Positions 60,560-64,000 of a stretch of 64,000 bases of DNA are shown here, piece after piece. A model generated the notes under the pieces. The model ran no database searches, was not told where the DNA came from, and saw nothing but the letters and a program-made list of their open reading frames with translations. This stretch comes from Octopus sinensis. Its lineage: Eukaryota. The translations under genes and the position numbers were made by a program. The stretch covers positions 1-64,000 of the forward strand of contig NW_021833574.1 of the NCBI RefSeq assembly GCF_006345805.1, read 5' to 3'. The number at the start of each line of letters is the position of its first letter. Position 1 is the stretch's first letter.

Positions 60560-61463
60560 CCTTTCTGCTATAGGCACAAGGCCTGAAATTGTGGGGGAAG
60601 GGTCTAGTCGATTACATCGACCCCCAGTGTGTAACTGGTACTTATTTCATCGACCCCAAAAGGATGACAAGCAAAGTCAACCTCGGCGAAATTTGAACTC
60701 AGAAACTAAAAGAGTCGGAAGAAATACCGCTAAGCATTTTGTCCGGCGCGCTACAGATTATGTCAAGCTCGGTACCTTAAAATGATTACAAAGTTTGGCA
60801 CCAAACCAGAAATTTTAGTGGAGAGCGGGTGGGGGGGGGGGTCCATGACTTCCACCCACCCTCTGGCCAACTAGTACATATGGACCGCGAAAGAAACGAA
60901 AGAAAAGCCGACATTGGCAGACCGCGGTACTAACACCGTACATAAACAACAATAGCAGAAGCAACAACAATAATAATAATAATAATCCTCTCTACTATAT
61001 AGGCAGAGGGTCTGAAATTTGAGGGAGGTGATTAATCGGTTATATCGACTTCCGTATTCAACTGGTACTTAATTTATCGACACCGGAAGGATGAAAAGCA
61101 AAGTCGACCTCGGCGGAATTTGAACTCAGAACGTAGCGACAGACGAAAATACGGCTACGCATTTCGCCCGGCGTGCTAACAATTCTGCCAGCTCACCGCC
61201 TTAGTAATAATAATAATAACAACAACAACAACAATAATAATATATAATCCTCTCTACTATATAGGCAGAGGGTCTGAAATTTGAGGGAGGTGATTAATCG
61301 GTTATATCGACTTCCGTATTCAACTGGTACTTAATTTATCGACACCGGAAGGATGAAAAGCAAAGTCGACCTCGGCGGAATTTGAACTCAGAACGTAGCG
61401 ACAGACAAAATACGGCTACGCATTTCGCCCGGCGTGCTAACAATTCTGCCAGCTCACCGCCTT
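59160..61463 (-). mobile_element. SINE family B array (about 9-10 co-oriented units with (TTA)n/(TTG)n tails)
   Basis: Repeated aaaggcaaagtcgacctcggc...ctgccagctc.ccgcctt blocks. Confidence 0.88.
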
Positions 61464-61464
61464 A

Positions 61465-61513
61465 GTAATAATAATAATACACAACAACAACAATAATAAT
61501 AATAATAACAATA

Positions 61514-61577
<64 letters not shown>

Positions 61578-61600
61578 CTGATGATGATGTTGATGATGCC
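61465..61600. repeat. (AAT)n/(GAT)n microsatellite
   Basis: Direct reading. Confidence 0.95.
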
Positions 61601-61819
61601 GATGTTGCGATTTGATATTGATTGTACTACTTGGGTCAAACAACCGACATAGGTTGAAACGAGAGGTGGGGGTAAATGGGGGGGGTAAGTGGGGGTGGAA
61701 AAGGGATCAGCCACGGAGAGTTTAAGGTGAGTTAAACATTATACCTAAATTAATTAGTGAGATGAAAGCCTGTACGGCCATAATTGGTTTCGAAGTCAGA
61801 TTTTACACACACCCGAAAC

Positions 61820-61895
61820 AGACACACACCACACCACACACACACACACACACACCAATATATACATATAACACACATACACAAGACACACACAC

Positions 61896-61928
<33 letters not shown>

Positions 61929-62097
61929 TGTATGTATGTATGTATGTATGTATGTGTGTATGTATGCGTAGAGACGATTGTAAAATATTGTCACAGAGGT
62001 ATAACGAAGTGGAATACTTGAACACACACACAAGGTATTCATGCGAGTAGCATACATGAACATGAGGAAAGAAATTTAATAATACATGTGTGTGTAT

Positions 62098-62142
<45 letters not shown>

Positions 62143-62266
62143 TACACACACACATGCTTATGCATGTATACCCATACATATTTGAATACACACATTTTGC
62201 ATATTTGTGTGTGGTGAGTGTGTGTGTGTGTGTGTGTGTGCGTAAATATGGTGCGTGGTGCGATAT

Positions 62267-62299
<33 letters not shown>

Positions 62300-62609
62300 T
62301 AGATATATATTACCTATATATAATATATACCTCTATATAAGTGTGTGTACAAGAGTGCATGTATGTGTTTGTATATATATATATATAATATATATATATA
62401 ATATGTTTGTGTGTGTGTGTGTACACACACCACACACAATATGCGTGTGTGCTTATTTGCACTTACAACACTAAAAATTTATAAACACCATATGCAAAAC
62501 GCATATCTTCACACAATCACCGACAGGTATATCCACCTGTGAACCGAATAACCAACCAACAAACATACATACAACAATGTATACATATATATAACATATA
62601 CAAAATAGA

Positions 62610-62661
<52 letters not shown>

Positions 62662-63194
62662 TTATCAAATAAGGATTATTAAGTCAACTTACCTTCGACG
62701 CATAACATGACAAGACCCCAGGTGGAGCCTTTTCGTATCAGATATACTCCGGACCAGATTTGAATAGGTCCTTGGAAAAACTCCGTTCACACGTCAAGAA
62801 ATTATATATGTATATATATATATCTGTATGTATATATATATGTATATATATATGTATATATATATATATATATACTTTCTCGCCGTAAAATGTAGTTATC
62901 TCCCTTGGTTTGAATACAATGTGTATATATATATATAGATAGATAGATAGATATTTGTAAAGGTTTGGATGTATTCGTGTTTATTGTAAGTAGATATGTA
63001 TAAATATTTGATTATATGTATGTATGTATGTATTTATTTATTTATGGTATATATTTATGTATAGATATGTATGTGTAAAAAAATATGTATGGTTATGTGT
63101 GTGCGTGTGTGCGTGTATCGGAATAACTCTGTTGTATTAAGAAGGTGCATGCGAGCTTGCGTGTGTGGATTTGTATATGTATATATGTTTATAA

Positions 63195-63230
<36 letters not shown>

Positions 63231-63958
63231 TATGGAAAGGGGTTCTGTGCAGTTGACAGGTAAACTTAACCTACTCCTCCTTACACTATTTTTCTTTTAG
63301 TAAAATCACAGTCCTCTATTGAGATAATATACATATATATATATATATACGTGTATATCTATATATATTATATAGATCGATATAGATATATAGAAATATA
63401 TATATATGCACACACACACTCACGCACACACGATATGTGTGTGTGTGTAAACTTTTCAGGTGTGTATAGAAGTTATGTGTATGTTTCACAACCGATCGAC
63501 GAAGCGAAAATAACAACAAATATACACATTCAAAACTAATTTAAACAAATCTATTCACACACATACACACACACAAACGCACGCATACAGTTATTATATG
63601 TATGTATCAAGGTATGTGTATATATATATAGATGTAAAAATATATATTTACATATACGCTCTCGTTCACACTCGCTCACTCTCTCTCTCACACACTTATA
63701 CGCACACACACACACACATATTTAGATGTATATATATATATATATATCTATATATATATGTATGGAGGGTTGTTTGCTTTTGTGAATGTATATATGTGTG
63801 TATGTGTGTGTGTGTGTGAGTGTGTGTGTGTGTAACTACATACTTACATATATATATAAATATATATGTGTGTGTGTGTGTGTGTGGTGTATTAATTAAT
63901 GTTTTGTGTGCAACGCACACGTTACATCTAATCGACCGGTGTGAGTGTGTGATGATGC

Positions 63959-63990
<32 letters not shown>

Positions 63991-64000
63991 GAATGTATGT
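61820..64000. repeat. Dense (TA)n/(TG)n/(CA)n/(TATG)n microsatellite-rich region
   Basis: Multiple interleaved runs. Confidence 0.85.

Overview
Repeat-dominated, AT-rich animal genomic DNA (intronic or intergenic). I found no confidently identifiable host protein-coding exon. The SINE repertoire and the extreme (TA)n/(TG)n/(GATA)n/(CATA)n load fit an octopus or other coleoid cephalopod genome; this is inferred from recalled repeat families and was not verified. Almost all ORF-track entries are microsatellite or SINE artefacts. Supported content: (1) about 45 tRNA-type SINE copies in families I label A, B and C/D; (2) fossil autonomous elements: two RTE-type LINE 3' ends, a Tx1/L1-clade LINE (EN, RT, CCHC), two CR1-type fragments, a Penelope-like ORF start, a Tc1/mariner transposase and a probable DIRS-like element; (3) several MITEs; (4) a diverged, full-register U6 snRNA copy joined to a SINE; (5) long fold-back palindromes. 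The least-expected signal is a dispersed set of type-I hammerhead-ribozyme motifs of the Penelope/retrozyme kind (43932-43994, 56231-56314, 48311-48349, 19951-20036, 4970-5057, plus decayed copies). Several carry a CCGANGA core instead of CUGANGA, and two occur as mirror-image inverted duplications. Coordinates are hand-read, so repeat boundaries may be off by a few to about 20 nt.
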